Made by a program: the position numbers and the translations under genes. From positions 1-25,142 of the forward strand of contig WQUU01000134.1 of assembly GCA_009781925.1 (NCBI GenBank): 25,142 bases of DNA, read 5' to 3'. Positions 15,660-22,123 of this stretch are shown piece by piece; the stretch's first letter is position 1, and each line of letters starts with the position of its first letter. This DNA is from Bacillota bacterium. Lineage in GTDB: Bacteria > Bacillota > Clostridia > Oscillospirales > Oscillospiraceae. The notes below the pieces were generated by a model, which was not told where the DNA came from, did not search any database, and worked only from the letters and a program-made list of their open reading frames with translations.

Positions 15660-15901
15660 TATGGCCGCAGGGAACGGATTGATCCGTTCCGTAGCCTGTC
15701 AATAAACCCAAGAATGCGGGCCGCCGAGGGCGGCGGCCCCTACAAGGGGATGGCCAATATCAAGGGTTGTAGGGGACGCCCCCTTGAGCGTCCCGCCAGT
15801 GGAAACCCTTTTTTGACGGTCTGGGGAACGGATTGATCCGTTCCGATATCCCGCGTGGTGGAACTATCCCACACGGTGGAACGGATCAATCCGTTCCCTA
15901 C
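15660..15901. repeat. Composite cluster of at least five REP-like units in one 268-bp spacer. Three copies of GGAACGGAT(TG/CA)ATCCGTTCC, one inverted copy of the GTAGGGGCCGCCGCCCTCGGCGGCCCGC unit, and one GTAGGGGACGCCCCCTTGAGCGTCCC unit.
   Basis: Palindromes at 15671-15690, 15825-15844 and 15878-15901. The exact reverse-complement of 18396-18423 sits at 15713-15740. A near-copy of 18451-18476 sits at 15762-15787. The dus TAG stop (15898-15900) is inside the last CCCTAC. Confidence 0.65.
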
Positions 15902-16866
15902 CTCAAATCCCGCTGTATCCCCTCAATAATCCGCTGCCCCTGCTCCAGCGTGCCGAGTTCCGCGATCTGCTTCTTATAATACCCCGCGTAGGGCACGCCC
16001 TTCAAATACCAGGCCAGATGCCTTCTCGCCTCCAGGCAGGCGATCTTCTCGCCTTTGGTCTCCGCCGCCAGCTCCAATTGCCTGCGCGCCACGTCCATGC
16101 GCGCGCGCAGCGGCGGCAGGGGCGGGATCGGCTGTCCGGCAATCGCGGCGTTGCCCCGGGTGAAGAGCCAGGGATTTCCAAAAGCGCCACGGCCCACCAT
16201 GGCGCAGTCCGCGCCGGTATAGTTGAGAATCCTCACCGCGTCCTCCGGCTCAAAGACGTCGCCGTTGGCGAAGACGGGGATTTTGAGCGCCGCCTTCACG
16301 GCGCGGATGATATCCCAGTCCGCCACGCCGGCATAGATCTGCGCCCTTGTGCGCCCGTGGACGGCCACGGCGGAGGCCCCCGCCGCCTCGCAGAGCCGCG
16401 CGATCTCTACGGCGTTGACGCTGCCGCTGTCCCAGCCCTTGCGCATCTTCACCGTCACGGGGACGGGGACGCTTTTCACAACGGCCTCCACGATCCGCGC
16501 CGCCAAGTCCGGGTCGCGCATCAAAGCGGAGCCGTCTCCGTTGCCCGCGATCTTGCCCACGGGGCAGCCCATGTTGATGTCGATGAAGTCCGCGCCGGAG
16601 AGTTCCAGCGCCAACCCAGCCGCCTCGCCCATGACCGCCGGCTCGCTGCCGAAAATCTGCGCGCCCACGGGGTGCTCGTCCGCAGAGACGCGCAGCAGCG
16701 CCCGGGTCTTGGCGTCCTTATAGACCAGCGCCTTGGCGCTGACCATCTCGGTGCAGCACAGGGCCGCGCCCGCCGCCATACAGACGCTGCGGAAGGCCAG
16801 ATCCGTGACCCCCGCCATGGGCGCGAGGCTGAGGCGGCCTTTCAGTTCCATATTGCCGATGCGCAT
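15898..16866 (-). CDS. dusB: tRNA-dihydrouridine synthase (Dus family, FMN TIM barrel)
   Basis: 322 aa. LAPMAGVTDLAFR...FGSEP...DINMGCPV...VTVKMRKGWD... are Dus signature motifs. Confidence 0.85.
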   Translation of the reverse strand: MRIGNMELKGRLSLAPMAGVTDLAFRSVCMAAGAALCCTEMVSAKALVYKDAKTRALLRVSADEHPVGAQIFGSEPAVMGEAAGLALELSGADFIDINMGCPVGKIAGNGDGSALMRDPDLAARIVEAVVKSVPVPVTVKMRKGWDSGSVNAVEIARLCEAAGASAVAVHGRTRAQIYAGVADWDIIRAVKAALKIPVFANGDVFEPEDAVRILNYTGADCAMVGRGAFGNPWLFTRGNAAIAGQPIPPLPPLRARMDVARRQLELAAETKGEKIACLEARRHLAWYLKGVPYAGYYKKQIAELGTLEQGQRIIEGIQRDLR

Positions 16867-16879
16867 TGGGATTCCTTTC

Positions 16880-16922
16880 GTAGGGCGCGACGCCTCGGCG
16901 CGCCGGGGGCGTCGCGCCCTAC
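16880..16922. repeat. REP-like palindrome GTAGGGCGCGACGCC-tcggcgcgccggg-GGCGTCGCGCCCTAC
   Basis: Perfect 15-bp arms with GTAGGG/CCCTAC termini. The xth TAG stop (16919-16921) lies in its CCCTAC end. Confidence 0.6.
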
Positions 16923-17674
16923 AGGTCTATGTCCAGCCCCACGGGGCAGTGGTCGCTGAGTTCGATCTCGGGGCAGATAAAGGCTTTTTTTATCCTGTCT
17001 CTGAGCCTGTCGCTCACCAAAAAATAGTCGATCCGCCAGCCCACGTTGTTTGCCCTGGCGTTGGCGCGGAAACTCCACCAGGCGTAGGCCCCCCGCGTGT
17101 CCGGATACAGATAGCGGAAGCTATCCGTGAATCCGGCGGCCAGGAGTTCGGTCATCTTGCCGCGCTCCTCGTCGGTGAAGCCCGCGTTCATCCGGTTATT
17201 CTGCGGGCGGGCGATGTCGATCTCCTCGTGGGCCACGTTCAGATCCCCGCAGACGATGACGGGCTTTTTGCGGTCTAACCCGATGAGATAATCCCTAAAA
17301 TTGTCCTCCCAGGACATGCGGTAGGTCAGCCGCCGCAGGCCGTCCTGTGAATTGGGCGTATAGACGCAGACCAAGTAGAATTCCTCAAACTCCAGGGTTG
17401 TGCAGCGTCCCTCCGTATCATGGATGTCCACGCCGATGCCTTTGCGCGCAGAAATCGGCGCGCGCCGGGTAAAGACCGCGGTACCGGCATAGCCCTTCCT
17501 CTCGGCGGAGTCCCAGTACTGCGCGTAACCGGGCAGATCCAGCGCAATCTGCCCCTCCTGCATTTTTGTCTCCTGGAGGCAGAACATGTCGGCGTCCAAA
17601 GCCCAGAAGGTGTCTTCGAACCCTTTTTTCAGCGTGGCCCGCAGGCCGTTGACGTTCCATGAGATGAGGCGCAT
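16919..17674 (-). CDS. xth: Exodeoxyribonuclease III (Xth, AP endonuclease family 1)
   Basis: 251 aa. MRLISWNVNGLRA...CLQETK...GYAGTAVFTR...DSFRYLYPD...SDHCPV is the ExoIII hallmark. Confidence 0.9.
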   Translation of the reverse strand: MRLISWNVNGLRATLKKGFEDTFWALDADMFCLQETKMQEGQIALDLPGYAQYWDSAERKGYAGTAVFTRRAPISARKGIGVDIHDTEGRCTTLEFEEFYLVCVYTPNSQDGLRRLTYRMSWEDNFRDYLIGLDRKKPVIVCGDLNVAHEEIDIARPQNNRMNAGFTDEERGKMTELLAAGFTDSFRYLYPDTRGAYAWWSFRANARANNVGWRIDYFLVSDRLRDRIKKAFICPEIELSDHCPVGLDIDL

Positions 17675-17702
17675 GTTGTCATTCTCCTTTGGGGCGGACT
17701 GT

Positions 17703-17730
17703 GTAGGGAACGGATCAATCCGTTCCCTAC
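17703..17730. repeat. REP-like 28-bp perfect palindrome GTAGGGAACGGATCAATCCGTTCCCTAC
   Basis: Same core as the 15671/15825/15878/20935/20974 copies. The trmB TAG stop (17727-17729) is within it. Confidence 0.65.
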
Positions 17731-18362
17731 GGTTTTACGGCAATTGCTTGGCAGATGGGCAGGCCCTGTTCGTGGAATTTTGCCTCGTAGTCGGTCATGA
17801 TACCTTGGACGCCGCCGGCGTGCAGGTCGTATGTCAGTTCTCTCAGTTCCCAGCCGGTTTTTTTCAGCTGGAGGAGCGACCAGTCGAAGAGCGGGCGGTT
17901 GTCCGTCTTGAAGCGCAGCTCCCCGTTTTTGGCCAAAACCGCCGCGTAGAGCTCCAGAAAGCAGGGGGCGGTGAGACGGCGGTTCCTGTCCCGGTTGCGG
18001 GGCCAAGGGTCGCAGAAATTGATAAACAGCGTGTCGTCCTCCCCGGGCGCGAACAGCCGGGGCAAGAACTTCGCGTCCCGGCTGAGGAAGCGGACATTTG
18101 TGAGCTCCAGCGCGCAGGCGCGCTCCATCGCCACCACCAGGGCGTCCGGCACGCGCTCCATCGCCACCATTAGCGTCTCCGGGCGCCGGGCGGCAAACTC
18201 CGCCGTAAAACGCCCCTTGCCGCAGCCGAGTTCCAGCGCGAGGCCGCGAAAATCGGGGAACGCCTCCCGCCAGCGGCCGCACAGGGCCTCCGGCTCCGCC
18301 AGCAGCACACTGGCGCAGCGCTCCATGCGAGGGAGCAGATTTGGTTTTTTTCGCATGCGCAA
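17727..18362 (-). CDS. trmB: tRNA (guanine46-N7)-methyltransferase TrmB. The track ORF starts at a TTG; the ATG two codons in (18356) is more likely. Carries an internal 33-bp tandem duplication encoding VAMER..VAMER.
   Basis: 211 aa. ELGCGKGRF (SAM-binding), FINFCDPWPRNRDRNRRL and TDNRPLFDW motifs of TrmB. Confidence 0.85.
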   Translation of the reverse strand: MRMRKKPNLLPRMERCASVLLAEPEALCGRWREAFPDFRGLALELGCGKGRFTAEFAARRPETLMVAMERVPDALVVAMERACALELTNVRFLSRDAKFLPRLFAPGEDDTLFINFCDPWPRNRDRNRRLTAPCFLELYAAVLAKNGELRFKTDNRPLFDWSLLQLKKTGWELRELTYDLHAGGVQGIMTDYEAKFHEQGLPICQAIAVKP

Positions 18363-18395
18363 GGAGAATCACCTCCCGGTATCGTCCCTCCCTTT

Positions 18396-18473
18396 GTAGG
18401 GGCCGCCGCCCTCGGCGGCCCGCCTTGCGAATCCGGCCATGGGAAGCGGGACGCCCAAGGGGGCGTCCCCTAC
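18396..18473. repeat. REP-like element of about 78 bp, paralogous to 5242-5318, with partial copies at 15713-15787
   Basis: GTAGGGGCCGCCGCCCTCGGCGGCCCGCCTTGCGAATCCGGCCATGGGAAGCGGGACGCCCAAGGGGGCGTCCCCTAC, two hairpin modules bounded by GTAGGGG...CCCCTAC. Confidence 0.6.
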
Positions 18474-18556
18474 TATACCATACCTTGCCAAAAACATCAA
18501 CGGGTAACACAAAGCCGCCGGGACTTTCATCGTCGCCGGCGGCTCTGCTTTTGCTC

Positions 18557-18721
18557 TTATTTACTGGTTCTGGCGCTGTTGCGCGATTCGCTGTTCTCGT
18601 TTCGCACATTGTTCTCATTTCGCACGTTGTTTTCGGAATTGTTCTGCTGCTTCCTGTTGTCGGCGCCGTTCTGAGACTTCTGTTCCGTGCGCCTGTTGTT
18701 GCTGTTGTTCTCCTTAGCCAC
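18557..18721 (-). CDS. Candidate small hydrophilic Asn/Arg/Glu/Gln-rich protein (54 aa, GTG start). Not in the ORF track because it is under 60 aa.
   Basis: GGAGGTGAAATT-GTG. Translation: VAKENNSNNRRTEQKSQNGADNRKQQNNSENNVRNENNVRNENSESRNSARTSK*. A plausible promoter (AGGACA-17-TATAAT) lies ~50 nt upstream. The DNA carries an internal direct repeat (TTCGCACRTTGTT). Confidence 0.3.
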   Translation of the reverse strand: MAKENNSNNRRTEQKSQNGADNRKQQNNSENNVRNENNVRNENSESRNSARTSK

Positions 18722-18850
18722 AATTTCACCTCCCGGCCGGCAGAATCAATGTTATTATTCGCCGCCGGGGGGAAAATTATACAGGGTGGTATTTTGTTTG
18801 TCCTGATATGGGTCAGTTATCGCCGTAGTGGCTGCGGCACTGCGCAATCT

Positions 18851-19081
18851 CTATTGCGTATCAGTAACACGGTACAGAACCCGGTTTGCATCGTCTATTC
18901 GCCGACTCCACAGTCCAGACTTGTCGCCCTTTAGCGGTTCCGGCTTGCCCATTCCCTTGAAATTGTCGCGTTGAATATCCTGCAACAGCTGGTTCACCCG
19001 CTTCAAGGTCTTTTTGTCTTGTGTTTGCCAATACAGATAATCTTCCCATGCTTCCGGCATGAACGCAAACCGTTTACTCAT
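18851..19081 (-). CDS. yoeB: YoeB/Txe-family toxin (RelE/ParE superfamily), C-terminally truncated. It lacks the terminal ~10 residues that include the catalytic His-Tyr. Start chosen at the ATG overlapping the antitoxin stop (ATGAGTAA).
   Basis: ...AWEDYLYWQTQDKKTLKRVNQLLQDIQRDNFKGMGKPEPLKGDKSGLWSRRIDDANRVLYRVTDTQ* aligns with E. coli/Streptococcus YoeB up to ..RLVYAVTDD, then stops before LLIAACRYHY. Confidence 0.7.
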   Translation of the reverse strand: MSKRFAFMPEAWEDYLYWQTQDKKTLKRVNQLLQDIQRDNFKGMGKPEPLKGDKSGLWSRRIDDANRVLYRVTDTQ

Positions 19082-19346
19082 TGGCCATAGCCTCAAGTTC
19101 GTCCATAGTCTTGTAAATCAGCTTATTGAGATCGTAGTTTTTCATCGTCTCCCTGATTCGCGTTTGATTCGCCTCGCTCCAAAACGGGTCGGCCGCCACT
19201 TCAAACGGGATTTTGCCTTGCCGCACAGCCGCCTTTGCGAATATGGTGATTGCCGTGGTCATGTTTAACCCCATTTGATCAAAGAGAGATTCGGCTTGTC
19301 TCTTCAAATTTTCATCCATGCGGATGGTCACACTTGTGCTTGCCAT
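19074..19346 (-). CDS. relB: RelB/DinJ-family ribbon-helix-helix antitoxin. True start is likely the ATG at 19346 (AAGGAGG RBS); the track's upstream extension overlaps the -10 box.
   Basis: SVTIRMDENLKRQAESLFDQMGLNMTTAITIFAKAAVRQGKIPFEV...DPFWSEANQTRIRETM matches the DinJ/RelB N-terminal RHH and C-terminal toxin-binding region. Confidence 0.8.
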   Translation of the reverse strand: MASTSVTIRMDENLKRQAESLFDQMGLNMTTAITIFAKAAVRQGKIPFEVAADPFWSEANQTRIRETMKNYDLNKLIYKTMDELEAMANE

Positions 19347-19372
19347 AGGGTCATCCTCCTTTATGTACATCT

Positions 19373-19401
19373 ATTATAATCGAATTCACTTATAATGTCA
19401 A
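19373..19401 (-). promoter_or_regulatory. Consensus promoter of the relB-yoeB operon (minus strand TTGACA-17-TATAAT) with direct ATTATAA repeats and a GAATTC palindrome in the spacer
   Basis: Minus-strand read: TTGACAttataagtgaattcgatTATAAT, then agatgtacataaaGGAGGatgaccctATG. Confidence 0.6.
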
Positions 19402-19446
19402 TACAAAATGGAACGTAGCTTTGACTAGAAGAACCGCATCATGCTC

Positions 19447-19671
19447 TCATTTCATAATAGGATAGGGCTCTTTTTGATTTGTGCGGCCCAGGATATAGTC
19501 AACGCTGGTGTGATGAAAGTCCGCTAGTTTTATCAAAATGCCCGTCGGGACATCGTTTTCCCCGGTTTCATACTTTGAGTAGCCGGTTTGTGACATCCCC
19601 AGGATCTTGCCCATCTCTTTCTGAGACATGTCCTTATCTTCGCGCAGATCCCTGATTCTCTGATACATCAA
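19447..19671 (-). CDS. XRE-family HTH transcriptional regulator
   Basis: 74 aa. RIRDLREDKDMSQKEMGKILGMSQTGYSKYETGENDVPTGILIKLADFHHTSVDYILG is a canonical HTH_XRE. Confidence 0.75.
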   Translation of the reverse strand: MMYQRIRDLREDKDMSQKEMGKILGMSQTGYSKYETGENDVPTGILIKLADFHHTSVDYILGRTNQKEPYPIMK

Positions 19672-19699
19672 TCATCACCTGATGATTATTATGCATCAA

Positions 19700-19742
19700 C
19701 CTGTTTCAGGGTATTGCATATCAACCTGAAACAGGTTATAAT
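19700..19742 (+). promoter_or_regulatory. Divergent control region: inverted repeat CCTGTTTCAGG (19700-19710) / CCTGAAACAGG (19724-19734), each preceded by GCAT(A)TCAA, overlapping a plus-strand promoter TTGCAT(19714-19719)-17-TATAAT(19737-19742)
   Basis: Two copies of a self-complementary 11-mer. The second lies in the promoter spacer of the Spo0A-C-like gene, consistent with an XRE operator. Confidence 0.55.
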
Positions 19743-19788
19743 ATTGTCAACCGCTGCTCCCAAACAATTCGTGAAAGGTGTCACCCAT

Positions 19789-20013
19789 ATGAACCGAAAA
19801 ATCTACAGAGCGCTCGCGAAAAAGCACGGTGTGTCCGCGAAAGAGGTAAAACGCGATCTGCAGGAGGCTGTTAATGAGACTTATAGAAATCCGACCTTTT
19901 TTGCGCGCTGTGTTGAGCGCAGAGGCGAGAGGCCAGCGATCGACGAGTTCATCGACCATCTTGCGCGCCGGGTGAAAGAGGAATATGACAGGCAAGCCCG
20001 CACAGGTGACTAG
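19789..20013 (+). CDS. Small standalone protein resembling the Spo0A C-terminal (Spo0A_C) DNA-binding domain (74 aa from the internal ATG at 19789)
   Basis: KIYRALAKKHGVSAKEVKRDLQEAVNETYRNPTFFARCVERRGERPAIDEFIDHLARRV parallels Spo0A-C ([28 protein letters not shown]...SLFG...KPTNSEFIAMVADKLR). AAAGGTG RBS. Confidence 0.55.
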   Translation: MNRKIYRALAKKHGVSAKEVKRDLQEAVNETYRNPTFFARCVERRGERPAIDEFIDHLARRVKEEYDRQARTGD

Positions 20014-20031
20014 CTCCTATGCGGGCTTTTT
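19996..20031 (+). terminator. Intrinsic terminator (GCCCGCA-loop-TGCGGGC then TTTTT); the TAG stop of the preceding gene lies in the loop
   Basis: 7-bp GC stem plus T5 directly after the Spo0A-C-like ORF. Confidence 0.7.
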
Positions 20032-20069
20032 CAATGCGCGACTCAGTTCAATCCGGTGTGCACAGCGCC

Positions 20070-20897
20070 CTAAGCCCCCAGCGCCGCTGCCGGAATCTCC
20101 AGCTTGCCGATCCCGTTGAAGTTGCTCATCACCACACCGACCAGTACACGGTCAACGGAGACCGACACCGCACCGTTGCTCGTCGATGAATCCAAGAGTT
20201 TATTCATCAGCGCGCTCATCATCGCGGTCATGTCCATCTCGTATTTGACGGGGTAGCCGCTTTGCTGATCCACCCAGATGGAGACGGGCAGATCCCCCAC
20301 GCCGGAAAACGGATCGCTGCCGAGGTCGCCGAGGCCCAGTTTGCTAAAGGCCTGGCCCACGCCGCTGGCGGTTAAAACCTGGTTCAGCGCCTTTTCGGGA
20401 ATTGCGCCGTCAAAGCGCAGGGCGCTGCTGCCGCTGACCTGTTCCATACCGACTTCGGTAAAGGTCTTTGCGGCGGCGACGTAGAGACCCAGGTTGGCAA
20501 CCACGTCGTACTGCTGAACCTTGCTGTTGTCCGAAGTCGTAGAAGTCCAGGTCGCGCCGTTGTCCGTGGAAGTGTAAACCGTGTATGTGGTTCTGTCGCC
20601 CTGAATGTACATCTGCATATCCTGTTTGCCAAGGGCGCCCATGTCGATGGACATCTGCATCCGGATCAGCATCGGGTCTTTCACATAGTCCGCGCGAACC
20701 GTGGAGTCAATGTTGAAGGACTGCCCAGCGGCGGACATGGCGATCTGCATGTCCATGTCGTAACTCGAGCTCTTAACAGCGGCGAGTTTTACCTCCGCCG
20801 CGGTGATGGAGATCACCGGAGGCTCTTTGCAGGCGCAGAGGGTCAGAAGCATCAGGGCCGCGAGCAGGATCGCGAAAGTGCGGGATAAGCGTTTCAT
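20070..20897 (-). CDS. Putative lipoprotein of unknown function (signal peptide plus lipobox LTLCAC; Met-rich mature domain). Start taken at the MKRLSRT ATG (20897) with an AAGGAG RBS; the track's extension begins inside a REP element.
   Basis: MKRLSRTFAILLAALMLLTLCACKEPP..., positively charged n-region, hydrophobic h-region, Cys at +1. Confidence 0.6.
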   Translation of the reverse strand: MKRLSRTFAILLAALMLLTLCACKEPPVISITAAEVKLAAVKSSSYDMDMQIAMSAAGQSFNIDSTVRADYVKDPMLIRMQMSIDMGALGKQDMQMYIQGDRTTYTVYTSTDNGATWTSTTSDNSKVQQYDVVANLGLYVAAAKTFTEVGMEQVSGSSALRFDGAIPEKALNQVLTASGVGQAFSKLGLGDLGSDPFSGVGDLPVSIWVDQQSGYPVKYEMDMTAMMSALMNKLLDSSTSNGAVSVSVDRVLVGVVMSNFNGIGKLEIPAAALGA

Positions 20898-20934
20898 GGG
20901 GGTCATCTCCTTTTTGGGGGTGTTTTGATAAATT

Positions 20935-20997
20935 GTAGGGAACGGATTTATCCGTTCCACCATGCGGAATACCGGAACGGATAAATCCGTTCCCTAC
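20935..20997. repeat. BIME-like pair of inverted REP units: GTAGGGAACGGATTTATCCGTTCC, a 15-bp spacer, then GGAACGGATAAATCCGTTCCCTAC
   Basis: Two copies of the GGAACGGAT palindrome family in opposite orientation. The MBL gene's TAG stop (20994-20996) is in the terminal CCCTAC. Confidence 0.65.
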
Positions 20998-21680
20998 AGC
21001 GCCTGTTCCATCGCGTACAGCATGCAGCCGTTAAACCGCCGCTCACGCTCCAGCGTGCTGCTATCCATGTGGCCGGGGTAGACCTCATAGTCGCCGGGGA
21101 GATTGTAGAGCCTGCGCAGGGAGGCCTTCAAGATATTTTCATTCCCGCCGGGGAGGTCTGTGCGGCCGCAGTCGCCCCGGAAGAGGGTGTCCCCGGTGAA
21201 GAGGGCGTCCTCGCAGAGGAGCGTGACCCCGCCGGGGCTGTGGCCTGGGGTCTCCAATACGCGGAAGGTCAGACCACCCACCACAATCTCATCCCCTTCG
21301 GCGTAAAAGCGCGCGTCCTCGGGTGATGTGATGAAGCAAAACGGGTGAATACTCGAATCCTGCGGCAGGGGGAGCGGGGGCATATCTTCGGTGAGCGCAA
21401 GCCGGAACGGGGCGTCGCCGGCGCTGGCGGCCGTATCCAGACGGTGGATGCGGATTTGCGCCCCCGTCTCCTCCGCGACGGCGCGCGCGGCCATGGTGTG
21501 GTCATAGTGTCCGTGGGTGATGAAAACGGCGCGGCAGCTAAGGCCGTTCCTCTCGATGTAGTCCAAGATGGTGTTGGACTCGGCGCCGGGGTCGATGACC
21601 GCGCAGGCGAGGGTGTTCTCGTCCGTGACCACGTAGCAGTTGGTCTCGATTTGGCCCACGGGAATGGTTTTGATTAACAT
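20994..21680 (-). CDS. MBL-fold metallo-hydrolase (glyoxalase II-like)
   Basis: 228 aa. VFITHGHYDHTMAA (HxHxDH), later His and Asp ligands (ETPGHSPGG, GDTLF). Confidence 0.85.
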   Translation of the reverse strand: MLIKTIPVGQIETNCYVVTDENTLACAVIDPGAESNTILDYIERNGLSCRAVFITHGHYDHTMAARAVAEETGAQIRIHRLDTAASAGDAPFRLALTEDMPPLPLPQDSSIHPFCFITSPEDARFYAEGDEIVVGGLTFRVLETPGHSPGGVTLLCEDALFTGDTLFRGDCGRTDLPGGNENILKASLRRLYNLPGDYEVYPGHMDSSTLERERRFNGCMLYAMEQAL

Positions 21681-22123
21681 GATGGGACCTCCGAATCCAA
21701 CAGAATCGTCACCGGGCCGTCGTTGACGGACATTACCTGCATGTCCGCGCCGAATTCCCCGGTTTCCACGTGAAAGCCGCGCGCGCGGCAGCCGTTGACG
21801 ACCGCCTCGTAGAGGGGAATCGCCGTCCCGGGGCGGGCGGCGGCCGTGAACCCCGGACGGCGGGAGCGCGTGTCCGCGTAGAGGGTGAATTGGGAGACGA
21901 TGAGCAGCTCCGCTCCGGCATCCAAAGGGTTTACGTTCATCTTCCCGGCTCCGTCCTCAAAGACCCGCAGCCCGCAGATTTTGTCGGAGATCCAGAGAGC
22001 CTCCCTTTCGGTGTCAACTGCGCCGACGCCCAATAAAACGAGAAACCCTTTTTGAATCTCCGCTGTTTTTGCGCCGTCAATCGCCACGGACGCGGACGTG
22101 ACGCGGGTGACGACCGCCCTCAT
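21674..22123 (-). CDS. dtd: D-aminoacyl-tRNA (D-Tyr-tRNA) deacylase
   Basis: 149 aa. SQFTLYAD...RRPGF...NDGPVT are Dtd signature motifs. Overlaps the upstream gene by 4 nt. Confidence 0.9.
   Translation of the reverse strand: MRAVVTRVTSASVAIDGAKTAEIQKGFLVLLGVGAVDTEREALWISDKICGLRVFEDGAGKMNVNPLDAGAELLIVSQFTLYADTRSRRPGFTAAARPGTAIPLYEAVVNGCRARGFHVETGEFGADMQVMSVNDGPVTILLDSEVPSC

Noticed and set aside
15671-15690. Reading GGAAC ... CGTT within the GGAACGGAT palindromes as an ECF sigma -35/-10 promoter
   Set aside because: The spacing between GGAAC and CGTT inside a unit is ~9 nt rather than 16-17. The same units occur at many gene 3' ends, far from promoters.
17629-18729. 366-aa minus-strand ORF spanning trmB and the upstream spacer
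   Set aside because: It is out of frame with the real TrmB. It reads through a REP element and the small-ORF region in an Arg/Pro/Thr-rich nonsense frame. Only its first few codons coincide with the RBS of the candidate small ORF.
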